Source: Scyliorhinus canicula
Lineage: Eukaryota
Assembly: GCF_902713615.1 (NCBI RefSeq)
Contig: NC_052149.1
Span: 71,103,443 to 71,167,442 of the forward strand
DNA: 64,000 nucleotides
Direction: 5' to 3'
Positions 1 to 12,199 of the stretch are shown here, one piece after another. A program made the translations under genes and the position numbers. The notes under the pieces are model-generated. The model saw only the letters and a list, made by a program, of their open reading frames with translations. It had not been told where the DNA came from and did no database searches. The stretch's first letter is position 1, and every line of letters begins with the position of its first letter.

Positions 1-498
1 TATTTATAGTCAACTACCACTGTTCGCAGGGGTTCTGTTCCTGCAAATTCAGGAACGTTGACTGTAATTGCAATTGGAGTGAATAGAATAACTTGGCAGT
101 TAGTCACCAATCAACTGCTTCCCCGTACTTCCCCTGTAACAAAATAGGAGCCAACCATTAAAAGGTATGTAACAAAGAAAAAAACACCCCCATTTCCAAA
201 CTCCCACTTTACAATCTTGTGCATCCAAAGCAGGGCACTGGTTACAAAGCTCTGGAAGGCCTGTTTTTGTGCTCGCTGATGCAAGCTTCTAAAAACCAGT
301 TTAAGCTAGCTAGCTGCCTAATTAACAATCTGCAGCAGCTTTCAGAGAGCTTGTATACCACTGTTTTGAAATTAGAATCAAACTTAACCTTTCGGAATTT
401 TTAGTTATTCACTAAATTAAAGAAATTACACCAGATAGAAATTTAAAACTCACTCAATAGCTCTCAATGCAGACCAGTTATTTAATGAAATTAAGTGA

Positions 499-564
499 GT
501 TAATAAAGGGGCTTTTCACAGTAACTTCATTTGAAGCTTGTGACAATAAGCAATTTTCATTTAA
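499..564 (+). mobile_element. SINE 3'-tail-only insertion with 21-bp TSD
   Basis: ggggcttttcacagtaacttcat..gtgacaataag tail flanked by ttatttaatgaaattaagtga at 478-498 and 565-585. Confidence 0.8.
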
Positions 565-961
565 TTATTTAATGAAATTAAGTGAATTACCTTGTACCTA
601 AAATGCAGTCTACCCCTTTCCTATATCACGATCCTTATATTCTCCGCAGAGAATTGGTGTACGAGCCTTCTGAATGCAGTAATTCATGTGTATGGATGTA
701 GCAATGAGGTAATGGCTTTGCATGGCTCAAGAAGTGATATTGCAAGTATTGCTCAAGGTTCGGGGGAGGAAGAGATGAGAGAATCTGTTCTTAATTCATA
801 AAGAGGTTCTTGCTGAATGTCCAACTTGAGGCCAGACACAATCTGAGAACTGCATTAAGTCATTGTCATTTAGTCTTTAATCACAAGAGTCTCCATGTAA
901 GTTGAATTTATAGCATGGTGCAAGGGTTCATACATTGTTCATTCATGGTTTAGAATCAGAC

Positions 962-1606
962 GGGTCAGCACGGTGGCGCAGTAGTTAGCATTGCTGCCTC
1001 ATGGCGCTGAGGTCCCAGGTTCGATCCCGGCTCTGGGCCTGTCCATGTGGAGTTTGCACATTCTCCCCGTGTTTGCATGGATTTTGCCCCCACAACCCAA
1101 AGATGTACAGTGTAGGTCAGGGGTGGGCAAACTTTTCCGTGCAAGGGCCACATTCAGAAATTCACAATTCACAAAGGGCCGCATAGTATATTAAGTAAAA
1201 TAATTACTTCACCCGGTTATGATTCTGGGCGCCTCATATAGAACATAGAACAGTACAGCACAGAACAGGCCCTTCGGCCCTCGACGTTGTGCCGAGCAAT
1301 GATCATCCTACTCAAGTCAATGTATCCATCCTATACTAGTAAGTAACTCAACAGCCCCCCCATTAACCTTAAAAAAAATTTTCAAAAAAAAAAAAAAAAA
1401 AAATTTTTTTAAAGAAAATTTTTTTTTTTTTAAATGACTTGGAGGGCCGCAGAAATACCTTTGGCGGGCCGCATGCGGCCCGCGGGCCGTAGTTTGCCCA
1501 CCCCTGGTGTAGGTGGATTGGCCACGCAAAATTGCCCCTAAATTTGAAAAAAATGAATTGGTACTCTTTTTTAAAAAAAAAAAAAAAAAAAAAAAATTCT
1601 TTTTAA
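962..1606 (+). mobile_element. HE1/V-SINE-like tRNA SINE (A-rich tail), split by an hAT MITE
   Basis: tRNA-like head ggtcagcacggtggcgcagtagttagc, V-domain body and poly(A) tail; approximate TSD atggtt.agaa.tcag. Confidence 0.88.
1118..1506. mobile_element. Non-autonomous hAT/Charlie MITE, copy 1
   Basis: TIRs CAGGGGTGGGCAAACT / AGTTTGCCCACCCCTG; perfect 8-bp TSD gtgtaggt (1110-1117, 1507-1514). Confidence 0.95.
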
Positions 1607-3416
1607 ATGGTTCAGAAATCAGGCAAGTAATGGAGTAACTGAGCTGAACGCTATTCTTTCTGAAAAAGCAAGCAACTCTATGGATGGTGGGCTTGGCCGA
1701 CTTCAATCTTTCGCTGAATGACTTGTGACTTTTTAATTTTAGAAGTAGATAATGTTGCTGAGAAAAGTGACATGTTATCAAAACTTTTTGTTTTGCATTC
1801 ATCATGGCAGCTGCGCAAGATAACCAACAATAAAGGGAACCGTTTATACTGCATGAGAAGAGAGTGCTGATTGGTTGACAATTGAGAACAAGTGAAAACT
1901 CGTCATTAGTACCTGAGGCAGGAATTAAGCTTTCAGAATGCTATTATGAGCTTTGTTTGAGAATTCAATCTGGACTAAATTTCAACGCTTTTGACCTTTA
2001 GTGGGATTGTACCTTTTATAGCAGCAAGTTACTTTGTTTACTTGGCTTCAGCTGCAATCAGCGAGTGGACTGCTCTTTTAACAGTAACCTGAAGTATAAA
2101 ATTAGGTCTGATCATGTGGACATTACTATGTAAATATTGTGAATCAGGATATCTATTTCGGAACATTTGGTTGCTGATAAGTGCATTGGGTTAAATTTGA
2201 AACCACCTAAGCACTTTAAATATTGATAGTCAGTACTGTAGGTTATTTGCTTTAGCAAGGAGTTTGAACTATATTACAATGCAAGTAGGAGTGGGTTTCA
2301 AAAATCTCGTTATGAAGCCAGTGATAAATTAAATGGTGTGATTGGATGTTCAGTGGAATTTCTGGGCTGGTATTTACAATGGTCTGGCTGAGTACTGAAT
2401 TAAAGTCCAGAAGGTAGTTTGCATAATTCTGGGAGATGAGTTATTGTCCTCACACAGGGCATCCTCCACCATGTAGTGTAGCACCACCATCTTATGAAGT
2501 ACAGTTTTCTGAAAGTAATGTGATTGGTTTTTTAAAACGATATCGGGAATACTGGCACGGCCATATTTCTCACCAATTGTTATTTTCCATGTGCTGGTTG
2601 TGGGACTTGAACTGAACTGTAGTTCTGATAAACCTTCCCTATTTCTTTTATGGAGCAGGTGAGCAATTTAAGTGCATGACTTATAAATTGTGCATAATTT
2701 ATAAATTGTGCATAATTTCAAAAGATGTTTTGTGCGCAACCTTCATAGTAACTTTCAGGGACTTGCTCAGTTTAGGAACATTGGTAGTGAGTTGTGTTGA
2801 GCAAGGAGATTCAGGATAATTCTGACTATGAAGGTCTGGTTGATATGTGCCCTGGGTGAAATGGATTGTGACATGGAGGTGATGGTGCTTTGTCCTTTGA
2901 AACCACCTAGGCACAACGATGAAGGTTGTGGCTGATGAAATGCCACAGTTGCTGCAATAATCATCAGCGGTCGGCATATTAAAAAGTATCCACTTTGGAT
3001 TGTGACTGTTGGTCCTTTGTATGCTGTATGCTTTTTGTATTTATTAGTAGTCATTAACTGTTGCACGTGTCATCCCAGTATGTTTCTCTCGGGTTTCTTT
3101 GTTTTTTTAAATAAGTTATTCTACGCACTTCTACTAATTCCAGTGTTTAGTCCTGGTCTGAGTGAAAGGAAACTTGTGCATAGTGGTTCACTGCTTCTGA
3201 AAGAGAATAGTTAACATTCCCTTAACTTGGGACAGGATCGCCTACTGGTTTAGACTAGCAACTTGAGCATGCATTCAGATGGCAAGTTGCGAAACTGAAT
3301 TCAGCAGATTTGGTGAATCCACTTTGGATTCTGTGCTCTGACCAGAAAACCTAACCACAGGTTCAGATTATAATACTCTTTTAGTGTCAAGTAGGCTACT
3401 GCAACGACTGAAAATC

Positions 3417-3643
3417 ACATAGTTGCCACACTCCGGCGCTTGTTCGGGTGCGCTGAAGGAGAATTCAAAATGTCAAATTCACCTCGGGGCTTGTGGGAGG
3501 AAACCGGAGCATCTGGAGGAAACCCATGCATATAGGGGGACAGCATGCAAATTCCGCACAGACAGTGACCCAAGCTGTGAATTGAACCCGGGTCCCTGGC
3601 ACTATGAAGCAACAGTGCTAACCACTGTGCTACGATGCTGCCC
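3417..3643 (-). mobile_element. HE1-like SINE with truncated 'gtgacaataaa'-type tail
   Basis: Reverse complement of the same head and body as the other copies. Confidence 0.8.
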
Positions 3644-4357
3644 GCTTTATTGACTGGGTCAGTAATGGTCAAGGGAAATGAACCTGCAACCAATACAAAT
3701 CTGGTCTAATTGTGGAACCAATCTCGCACTCGTTGACTCTTTAAGGCCGTAAAAGGGACCTAGCAGTCAAACCAGTTAGAAGAAATCACGACCGTAACAA
3801 AGTTTGATGGACTTGCCTACACTGATCAGGATGCGACAGTAGCAGTCAATCCTACAAATTCCTTGCATTGAGGCTGGTTGAAGGAGTTGTCTCGGAAAGT
3901 TCCTGGGTTACGGGGATAGCATGGAGGTGTGGGCTTGCGTAGGGTGCTCTTTCAGGGGCTAGTGTAGACCCGATGGGACGAATGACCTCCACTGTAAATT
4001 CTCATTCCTGAAAGTGTTCATTCACAGGATGTAAGCTGGCTAGGCCATTTACTACTCGTCCCTAATTGCCCTTGAGAAGGTGGTGGTTGTGCCATCACAT
4101 TGAACCACTGCAGTCCATATGGTGTAGGTACGTCCACAGTGTTGTTAGGAAGGAAAGTCCAGGACTTTGACCCTGTGACAGTAAACGGAATGGAAATGTA
4201 GTTCCAAGTCAGGATATTGGTTGAAGGGCAGCTTGCATGTGGTGGTGTTCCTATGCATCTGCTGCTCATGTCCCCCTAAGTGGTAGATGTTGCAGGTTAG
4301 GAACGTGCTTTAAAGTTGGAGGGAATGGATGTTAATGGTGCTGGATCAGGTGCCATT

Positions 4358-4576
4358 CAAATTTATTGTCACATGTACAGAGGTACAGTGAAAAGTATTG
4401 TTTCGCTCCATACATGAATACATAGAATATATGTATATATTCTATAAGAATAAGAAGTTAGAATATACGATAATAATTATAGAACATACTATAAATAATG
4501 GTTATAAAAGATGTAGGAAGAGGATCTGTAGGGGAGAGCTCGCAGAGAGTCACCGCGCTCTGGCGCCATCTTGGAA
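4358..4576 (-). mobile_element. Short non-autonomous Rex-Babar-derived element
   Basis: Reverse strand starts caagatggcgccagagc and ends tacttttcactgtacctctgtacatgtgacaataaa, the tail of the Rex copies at ~21120 and ~55790. Confidence 0.6.
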
Positions 4577-5011
4577 AACATTTTTAAAAAATATTAAATC
4601 CAGCCGCAGCCTGTGTTTTTTGGTCATAATGTGGAGATGCCCGCGTTGGACTGGGGTGAGCACAGTAAGAAGTCTTACAACACCCTTTTTAGTAGTTTTT
4701 TTTTAGTGGTGCACTAAGGCAGCCCTTTGTCTGTTTGCATAGCTAGTTATTCATGGAACAGGTGTGTCGCCAGATGCTGACAGCTCTGCATCAAATATGG
4801 CTGACCAGGTGTGTCTCCCACTCTTGCTGCCATTCATTGACGTGTTGGGAGGACTCGCAGGTTCACACTCCACCTGTTTGGCTGCGCTATGAATGCACCA
4901 TCCCTGGCTGTCAAGTTCTGGGGTGGCACTCAAACTCGAGAGCTTCTGGCTCAGACAGGGACATTGCCCATTATGGCACAAGGCCCCCTTCGATCTTGGT
5001 GTGCAGGGGAC

Positions 5012-5845
5012 GATTTCAAAATGTGCGGATGGTGTGAAACTGGGAAGTATTTTAAACTTTGAAGAGGACGGTGCAGAACAAAAGGACATAGACAAGTTGG
5101 CGGAGTGGGCAGATGAGTGGCAGACAAAGTTAATTGTGGAGAAGTGTAGGGTGATGCATTGTTCGGAAGAACATGAAAGGCAATATAAAATAAGGGGTAA
5201 AATTCTTTAAAGGGGTGCAGGAGCAGAAGGACCTAGGTATATATGTGCATGGAAGGTGGTAGGACTGGTGGAGAGCAGTTAATAAAGCATAGAGTACAAA
5301 AGCAAGGAGGTTATGCTGAACTTGTACAAGACACTAGTTGGGCTTCAACTTGGAGTTGAACTGGGTGTTCACTAGGAAAGTGAACACATTGGAGAGAGCG
5401 CAGAAGAGGTTTACAAGAACTGTTGCAGGGATGTGAAACTTTAGTAATGAGGATAGATTGGGACAGTTCTCCTTTTGAGAAGAAGGGTATGAGGCGATTT
5501 GGTGGAGGTGTTCAAAATCTCTAGGGAGCTGGACTGAGTAGATGGGACAAAACTGTTCCCACTCATAAAAGGATCAAGAACGAGCAGATACAGATTTAAA
5601 GTGATTTGCAAAAGAAGCAAATCTGATGAGAGGAAACATTTTCACCCAGTGGTTTGGGTCTGCAATGCTTTGCCTGGAAGTGTAGTGGAGGCAGGTTCAA
5701 TAAGGGCATTCAAGACGGCATTAGATACTTTTATTCAAAATGTGTAGGGGTGCAGGAATTACACCGTCATGATACTCATTTGGGAGAGCCGTGCAGACAC
5801 GATGGCCAAATAGCAGCCTCCTACGCCATAGCAATCCTGTGATCA
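5012..5845 (+). mobile_element. Degraded CR1 LINE 3' fragment
   Basis: ORF2 remnants ISKCADGVKLG..LAEWADEWQ..EKCRVMH plus a CR1-type 3'UTR. Confidence 0.85.
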
Positions 5846-6614
5846 CCATAAAGATGAAACAAACAATATATTGCGTTAACAGTTTTATTTAAAACATGGT
5901 AACGAGTTGCTTTTATGCTAATATGCTTAATCAACTATTTCTTTATATTATGGTTGCAATTCAGGATTTACTGTTATATTTGCCAGTGAAAATTAATAGC
6001 CATGGCTCCAGTGCCAACTTATGAGGTTCTGTGCATTTTATGCCCGCCACTATGCACGTGTTAATGTACTTCGTCATTGCAGGATGCTGTCAAGGAAATG
6101 GCATATTATACAGCTGGTTCAATGCTTCAGCTGAAGTCTTGTTGCTACATACTCTGCTGTCACTTGGTTTTCAATTAATTGAAAAAAAACAACTCCTAAA
6201 AATGATTAAGCATTTCAAAAGCAGTTAACACTACCGTATAGTATTTTTAGTATTTCAGGAGATACTTCACAGAAATCCATCTGGGTAGTAACGGGTTCCC
6301 TATTTCAATCACTGAAGAAACAAATACTTGTGTGCTGCATTTATCATTGAGACAACTCTGGCATTGAGATTTTGTTAATGCTATAGTATCAGATGATTAA
6401 TTCTGGTCAGAACCAAAGAAATTTAAGCATAGACGGAGGTTGATTGTACAACACAGGTACTTATTCTTTAGTTCCATTTCTCTGAACCCATAATTTTCTT
6501 GATGATTTTTTAAATTCCTCTTTAAATGTTAGAATGATTATCTTCATAGGCATATGCTTATATATGCTGTACTCTTAATCTATTGCATGCAAACCTCCCG
6601 TTAGGAAAAGAAAA

Positions 6615-9010
6615 ATAAATTCTATTCATATTTTTCACTTTATATAATACAAAAATACCAAAACAGAATGAAACACCGGTACGAACATAAAGCCTAAAAC
6701 ACTGTCGCCCCCCCCCCCCCCCCCCCCCCCAAACAACGAAGGATGACCAACTACTTAAAGCAAACAATGAACAGCTGCTTTTTTCAGTCAAACTCCTCAA
6801 TTACTTCTCTCACAGGGCACTTGACTTTCTCAAGGCGTAGGAATACCAGCAGATCTCCCAGCCATACTGAGGCACTGGGCAAAAAGGCGACTCATTCTGG
6901 ACTTGGGTGTGCCCAATAAACTACTTTGAGTTGAATTAAACAAAACCGCGTGCACAAGGATATGGAGTTTACCCTCTGCAGGACCTCAATCCACACCTCA
7001 TCATGTAATATGGGCCTTAACTGCTCCCCTCCTCCACCTGACCTTAAACCCCCCCCCCCATTGATATGAAATCCTCCCACATAATCCGACCATAATTTTT
7101 AAAAGATATATTTTTATTCAAATTTTACAAACGTAAAATATTCAACCAGATCCATACAATATATCCCCCACCCTCCACATCTGATGGTGACTAACTCTGA
7201 AAAAGGAAATTAATCGCTGCCACCTGAGGTAGAATCTTTCAGCCGACCCTCTCATTGGGTACTTGATTATTTTTCGAAGTGTAAAATTTTTGCCTATGGG
7301 CTATCAAAGGAAGCAAAGACAAGAGTATCTGCCCTCGCCCCTGTCTATAACTGTGGCAAGCTTGAGATCCCAGAAATTGCCACCAAAGAAATGCGTCCAT
7401 AAATACAGAATGCTCCTTTCTTCCGACACTGCAAGTGAAAGAGCCCTCTCCATTAGAGAGGTTGGTGGCGTCGTGGAGAATGTCAGGAAAATCTGTTTCG
7501 CAAAATTGTGTGAATATCTAATTGAAGACCAGATGTGGGAGCCCAAACCTTTCCGACAGTTCCCCCAGACTGGCAAACTGCCCCCTCCAGGAACAAATCA
7601 CCCACTCTATCCAGCCCCTTCCCCTCCCACCCTCCCCCAAAATGGCATCCAGTCTCGCAGGCTTGAACAGATGGTTCACACAAATGGGAGCCAGCTTCGA
7701 CACTGACCCCAATTTGAAATGCTGTCAGATTTGTCTCCATATAGAACAGTACAGCACAGAACAGGCCCTTCGGCCCTCAATGTTGTGCCGAGCAATGATC
7801 ACCCTACTTAAACCCACGTAACCCGTATACCTGTAACCCAACAATCCCCCCATTAACCTTACACTACGGGCAATTTAGCATGGCCAATCCACCTAACCCG
7901 CACATCTTTGGACTGTGGGAGGAAACCGGAGCACCCGGAGGAAACCCACGCGCACACTGGGAGGACGTGCAGACTCCACACAGACAGTGACCCAGCCGGG
8001 AATCGAACCTGGGACCCTGGAGCTGTGAAGCATTGATGCTAACCACCATGCTACCGTGAGGCCCCTAATCTTTGTGCTGGAGGCAACCACTGGATTTGCT
8101 GAATACTTTGCCGGTGAGAATCGCAGTGAGGCAGTCGCTAATGCCCTCCAATCAGACCATCTACACACTTTTGATTCCAACTGCATCAACGTGCTCCCGA
8201 ATCACTGCACCAACCCAGCACTTACCCCGCATTAGCTGCCCAGTAGTAAAATATCTGGTTCGGCAACGGCAAGCCCTCTTACTCTCTATCTCTTTGAAGG
8301 ACTGCCCTATAAATGCTTGCGGTTTTGTCCACCCGTAAAATGGTCGTAAACAGCTTTTTAACTTCCTCCAAAAAGGATTTGGGGAGAAAGACATTAGACA
8401 CTGGAACAAAAACAATAAAAATTGGCAAAATGTTCGTCTTTTATTTCCTGAACCCACCCACAGATCTGTCTTGCCCCTACCTACCAAGCTCGTATAGTTC
8501 AGTTTACGGAGAGGGCCCAATTCCGACCTATTTGGAGCCCAAGTACCTAAAGCTGGAACCAGCCATACGCAAAGATAGTACCCCTAGATTAACTCACGGC
8601 TTTCCATGCTCCTTCACTGGCTGCACAATCCTTGCCACTCTCTCTTATTGGGCCTAGCACATCCTCAACAAACTTTTTGAGGATCTCCCTCCCTTACCTC
8701 TAAAAGTGCTTGCTGAATTGTGTCTACAACTCTAGTGCCGTTAACTCCATTAGAGTTTCTACTGTGATAGGCGCGACCCCACCTGACCCGGTTGCCTCCA
8801 CCATCTTTGCTCCCGACGAGCTTCGCGCCTTCTCCGTCTCTGCTGAAGGGCCACCACTTGTACCCTTCTTTCCAACACTTTCACTGCTTTCAACCAGTTT
8901 CCCTCGGTTCTGGGCTAAAAGGATCAAACCATAAGGACTTTGGGAGGAGCTACCTTATGTGCCAGAGTTTGAACAAAGCCAGCAAGGAAATCTGGGGAGG
9001 CAATTTTCAG
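6615..9010 (-). mobile_element. Degraded L1/Tx1-clade LINE fragments (ORF1 and ORF2 C-terminus)
   Basis: LQRVNSISLCTRFCLIQLKVV and ORF1-like pieces; similar to the L1 at 30192-33790. Confidence 0.75.
7741..8065 (-). mobile_element. Young HE1-like SINE with CR1-derived tail
   Basis: atagaacagtacagcacagaacaggcccttcggcc... tail; near-identical to copies at 18125, 25674, 30316 and 57549. Confidence 0.92.
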
Positions 9011-9446
9011 GCAGACTATTTATCCAAGCGAGGGAGTAAGCCAGGCAGTGTTAACAAAATCATTGGGTCAAAAGTAATAAAATAACTAATATTCTTAATC
9101 TGCATTTTAGTCTATTAAATTGTTAAAACGCACTTGGTGGTCAGTGTATAGTGTCATGCAACCACCAGTAAAAAGGAATTTTTTTTGCACCAATTGTACT
9201 GATATTTTGGAAACTTTTATCATAGTACCATCTGTAGATGTAAAAGGTACTAAGTATTGACGCTTACGTGGTGGAGGCAGCTTTATTGAACCTGCCTCCA
9301 CCAACTTCCCGTTCTCAGAGGAACATAGGAGTTTACAATGCATTTTCAAATGGACTGTTGTGGCCTATTTGTCATTCTTAGTGTATATACCAATCACTTG
9401 ATGTACATTTTTTTCATAACTGAGCCAAGTGACTGAATTTTAAAAA

Positions 9447-9728
9447 TAATCGTTATTAGTGTCACAAGTAGGCTTATATTAACACTGCAATTAATCTCCT
9501 CCTAGTCGCCACACTCCGGTGCCTGTTCAGGTACACTGAGGGAGAATTCAGAATGTTCAATTCACCTAACAGCGTGTCTTTTGGGACTTGTGGGAGGAAC
9601 CCGACGCATCCGGAGGAAATCCAGGCAGACACTGGGTGACCGTACAGAGTCCGCACAGACAGTGACTCGAGCTGGGAATCGAACCTGGGTCCCTGGCGTT
9701 GTTAAGCACTGTGCAACCGTGCCACCCC
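9447..9728 (-). mobile_element. HE1-like SINE with 'gtgacaataaa' tail
   Basis: Shared head and body; tail gtcacaagtaggcttatattaacactgca. Confidence 0.85.
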
Positions 9729-10870
9729 TTCAAAGAAACTAATAATAATAGGTTACTTTCTAAGTGATGTCAGTGCTATGATCTCAAGGGAGACCATTAA
9801 CATTACAAACTCTGAGTTATCAATTGAGAATTGGGCCTCAAGGATTTTTGGGTTTTAAACAAAAGTTACGGGAATTAAACAAGTAAATCAATTGAATGCT
9901 ATATTGCAAACCGTCATTCTTTAAACCTATAAATCTTAATGGATCACTTCCCATTCTGTTATTTCTCTCTCATTTTCAGGATTTTGAGGGTTGTTACACT
10001 TAGGACCAAACCAAGGGAGCCACAAACCAAACCAAGGGGACTCCCAGCTCTAGGAATTCACTTGTGATTCTCCTCCGTATTCCTGAACAGAGTGCCTCCC
10101 CAGAAACCTATGCCCATGGCAATGTGGCGCCCCGGGATGTTCCAGATGAAGATGGAATAATTATCTTTACCATGCCAACCCTGTACATGGCTACTTCATG
10201 AACTTAACCTATTGTCCAGTTCATGTCCAACCTTGCTTTGATCTGTGGAATTACTTGAGTAATTAACATCTCTTTTTGAAGATGGGGCAATTCTCCAAAT
10301 TGTTGTCTTCAGTTTCCTGGCTAAACAGGCCCACCAGCCATTTTATGGCCACCTCACTTCTGCCTCTGACCTTGTAGGTACACATAGAAGAACCTTTGAG
10401 TAAATAATATGGTTACTCTAGCAACACCTGAATTCCAAAATCTCAATGACCTTGCATTTACAAATTTAATCTGCCCCAAGACGGTAAGCTATTTTCCTAC
10501 GACATGTAAATCATGAAATTAGACTTTTCCTACAAGACCGGATCCGCTGATTAAGATCATGCTCCAAAATATAAAAAATTATCGCACCAAAATTTTGTTT
10601 TTAAAAATGCAGCCCCAGACCTACCTAAGAACCACATCATGGGAGATGAGAGTTTAGTCCAATTCTAGCATTATGTTCTGGAAATTACTTTACACCCTTT
10701 TAATCTAGAAATTTATTTGTTTAATTTGTTCAGCTGCTTCATTTTGTTTTTTGGCTCCATTGCTGTGATGTACCCAACTTTGGTGACAATTATTATATGT
10801 ATATTATATGTAGCACTGAATGGTAAATTTCTGTATTCTGTCTAATTCATTGTTCTATCTACCATAGTAG

Positions 10871-11002
10871 GCCACTTGATCGTGAAAGACCGCTGCGCGG
10901 ACGTGGAAGGGGACGCGGCCGTGGTCGTGGTATAGGAAGAAGTGATGGTTTTGACTCCCGTGGAAAACGTGAATTTGACAGGCATAGTGGAAGCGACCGA
11001 TC
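10871..11002 (+). CDS. SERBP1: SERBP1 internal coding exon (human exon 3 equivalent; central RG-rich region)
   Basis: Acceptor ...accatagtag|G and donor TC|gtaagt. Translates (R)[44 protein letters not shown], matching the SERBP1 motif [19 protein letters not shown]. Confidence 0.96.
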
Positions 11003-11409
11003 GTAAGTTGATATAACGATGAACTATTGTGATAAAAAAAAATCCTTGCACTTGTTTGCTTTGTGCACCAGAAATGCTAATCTGAAAATTAATTATAATC
11101 CTGACGGCAAACAAAATGGTTATTGACGAATATAAAATCTCTTGACAGTAACTTGGCAATTCAAATAAAGATAAAATGAGTTTGCGTATGTAGCTTTTAT
11201 TTAAGTACGCATACTCAGTTTTCAATAACAAGGTTGTCTGCTGGAGATAGAATGTTAGTTTAAGTTAATTCAATACTTTCATTGCTGTGAATTAATAGAA
11301 AGTGTGCTAATATTGCAGGGTGCCTATACTTGTAGAAATGCTAATGAGTTTTTAATTGAGTGGTTATGCATATACAGCAGATATATAGAGAGAATAGTTT
11401 CTCTTCCAG

Positions 11410-11481
11410 TGGCCTGAAACCAGAGGACAAACGGGGTGGCAGTGGATCACACAACTGGGGAACAGTGAAGGATGAACTTGG
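11410..11481 (+). CDS. SERBP1: SERBP1 coding exon (HABP4/PAI-RBP1 domain)
   Basis: ctcttccag|T acceptor and GG|gttagt donor. Encodes [24 protein letters not shown]; phase 2 fits both neighbours. Confidence 0.96.
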
Positions 11482-11588
11482 GTTAGTACAAGGACACGCT
11501 GCTTGTTTTTGTTCAGTTTTAAATGTAATTTTCTTTTTGTCTCTGAATGCTGTCTTTATGAACTAATTTTTTTTCTCTCCTATCATAG

Positions 11589-11663
11589 TGAACTTGATCA
11601 GTCAGCTGTTACCGAAGAGGCACCTGAAGGAGATGAGCAACAAGTAGTCGACTCTGAGAACAA
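11589..11663 (+). CDS. SERBP1: SERBP1 coding exon
   Basis: Long polypyrimidine tract plus catag|T acceptor and AA|gtgagt donor. Encodes ELDQSAVTEEAPEGDEQQVVDSENK (human [26 protein letters not shown]). Confidence 0.95.
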
Positions 11664-12199
11664 GTGAGTTTTAGAATTGATATGATTTAGAAATCTTAAT
11701 CTAACGAAACCTCCTGCCAAAATCTATTACAATAATCCCAGGAATAAGTAGAAAACTGGTGGAAATTTAATCATACAAAAAATTTTCACCTGGAAGGTTC
11801 AGTATATGATATGTAGAACTGAAAATTAAGCTTCAACTTTTCGCATGTATTGCAATGGTTCTATAATTCAACTTCATTGTCTTGTAAATCAGACATGACC
11901 ACACAAACTATTTCAGAGCTCGAGGGCAGAAAACTTTCTAAAGTGAATTTATTTTACTGCAAATTATTGAGATTAGTTAACTAAAAATGGGTAATCATGA
12001 GCATTTTGCTGGCTTACGCTCCCCACCCCACGCAAAACTGGGAAAGATGAGAGAACAACAAAACATGATGGGGGAAGATATGTTAAACAGGTTTGCACTG
12101 AATGCCTGCAGAGGCACGGGAACTTGGGTGGGAATGTTATTCACTACACACAGCACTGGAAATAAGGACGATCCAAGGAAAGGTGCAAAAGCTGAATCT

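Noticed and set aside
962-1035. tRNA genes
   Set aside because: The tRNA-like segments are SINE heads fused to V-domain bodies, not complete cloverleafs.
2682-2719. 18-bp tandem duplication ataaattgtgcataattt
   Set aside because: Ordinary slippage duplication with no further structure.
2926-2950. tgtggCTGATGAaatgccaca as a hammerhead ribozyme or C/D snoRNA
   Set aside because: It is a simple hairpin with no stem II/GAAA arrangement and no convincing box C/D pair with a terminal stem.
9980-10070. Strong acceptor ctctcattttcag|G as an additional SERBP1 exon
   Set aside because: No SERBP1 similarity; the compatible frame reaches a stop and I found no clear nearby donor. A poison exon cannot be excluded without RNA data.
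1-10860. SERBP1 exons 1-2 or a CpG-island promoter
   Set aside because: No match to the N-terminal SERBP1 peptides and no CpG island seen; these probably lie upstream of the window.
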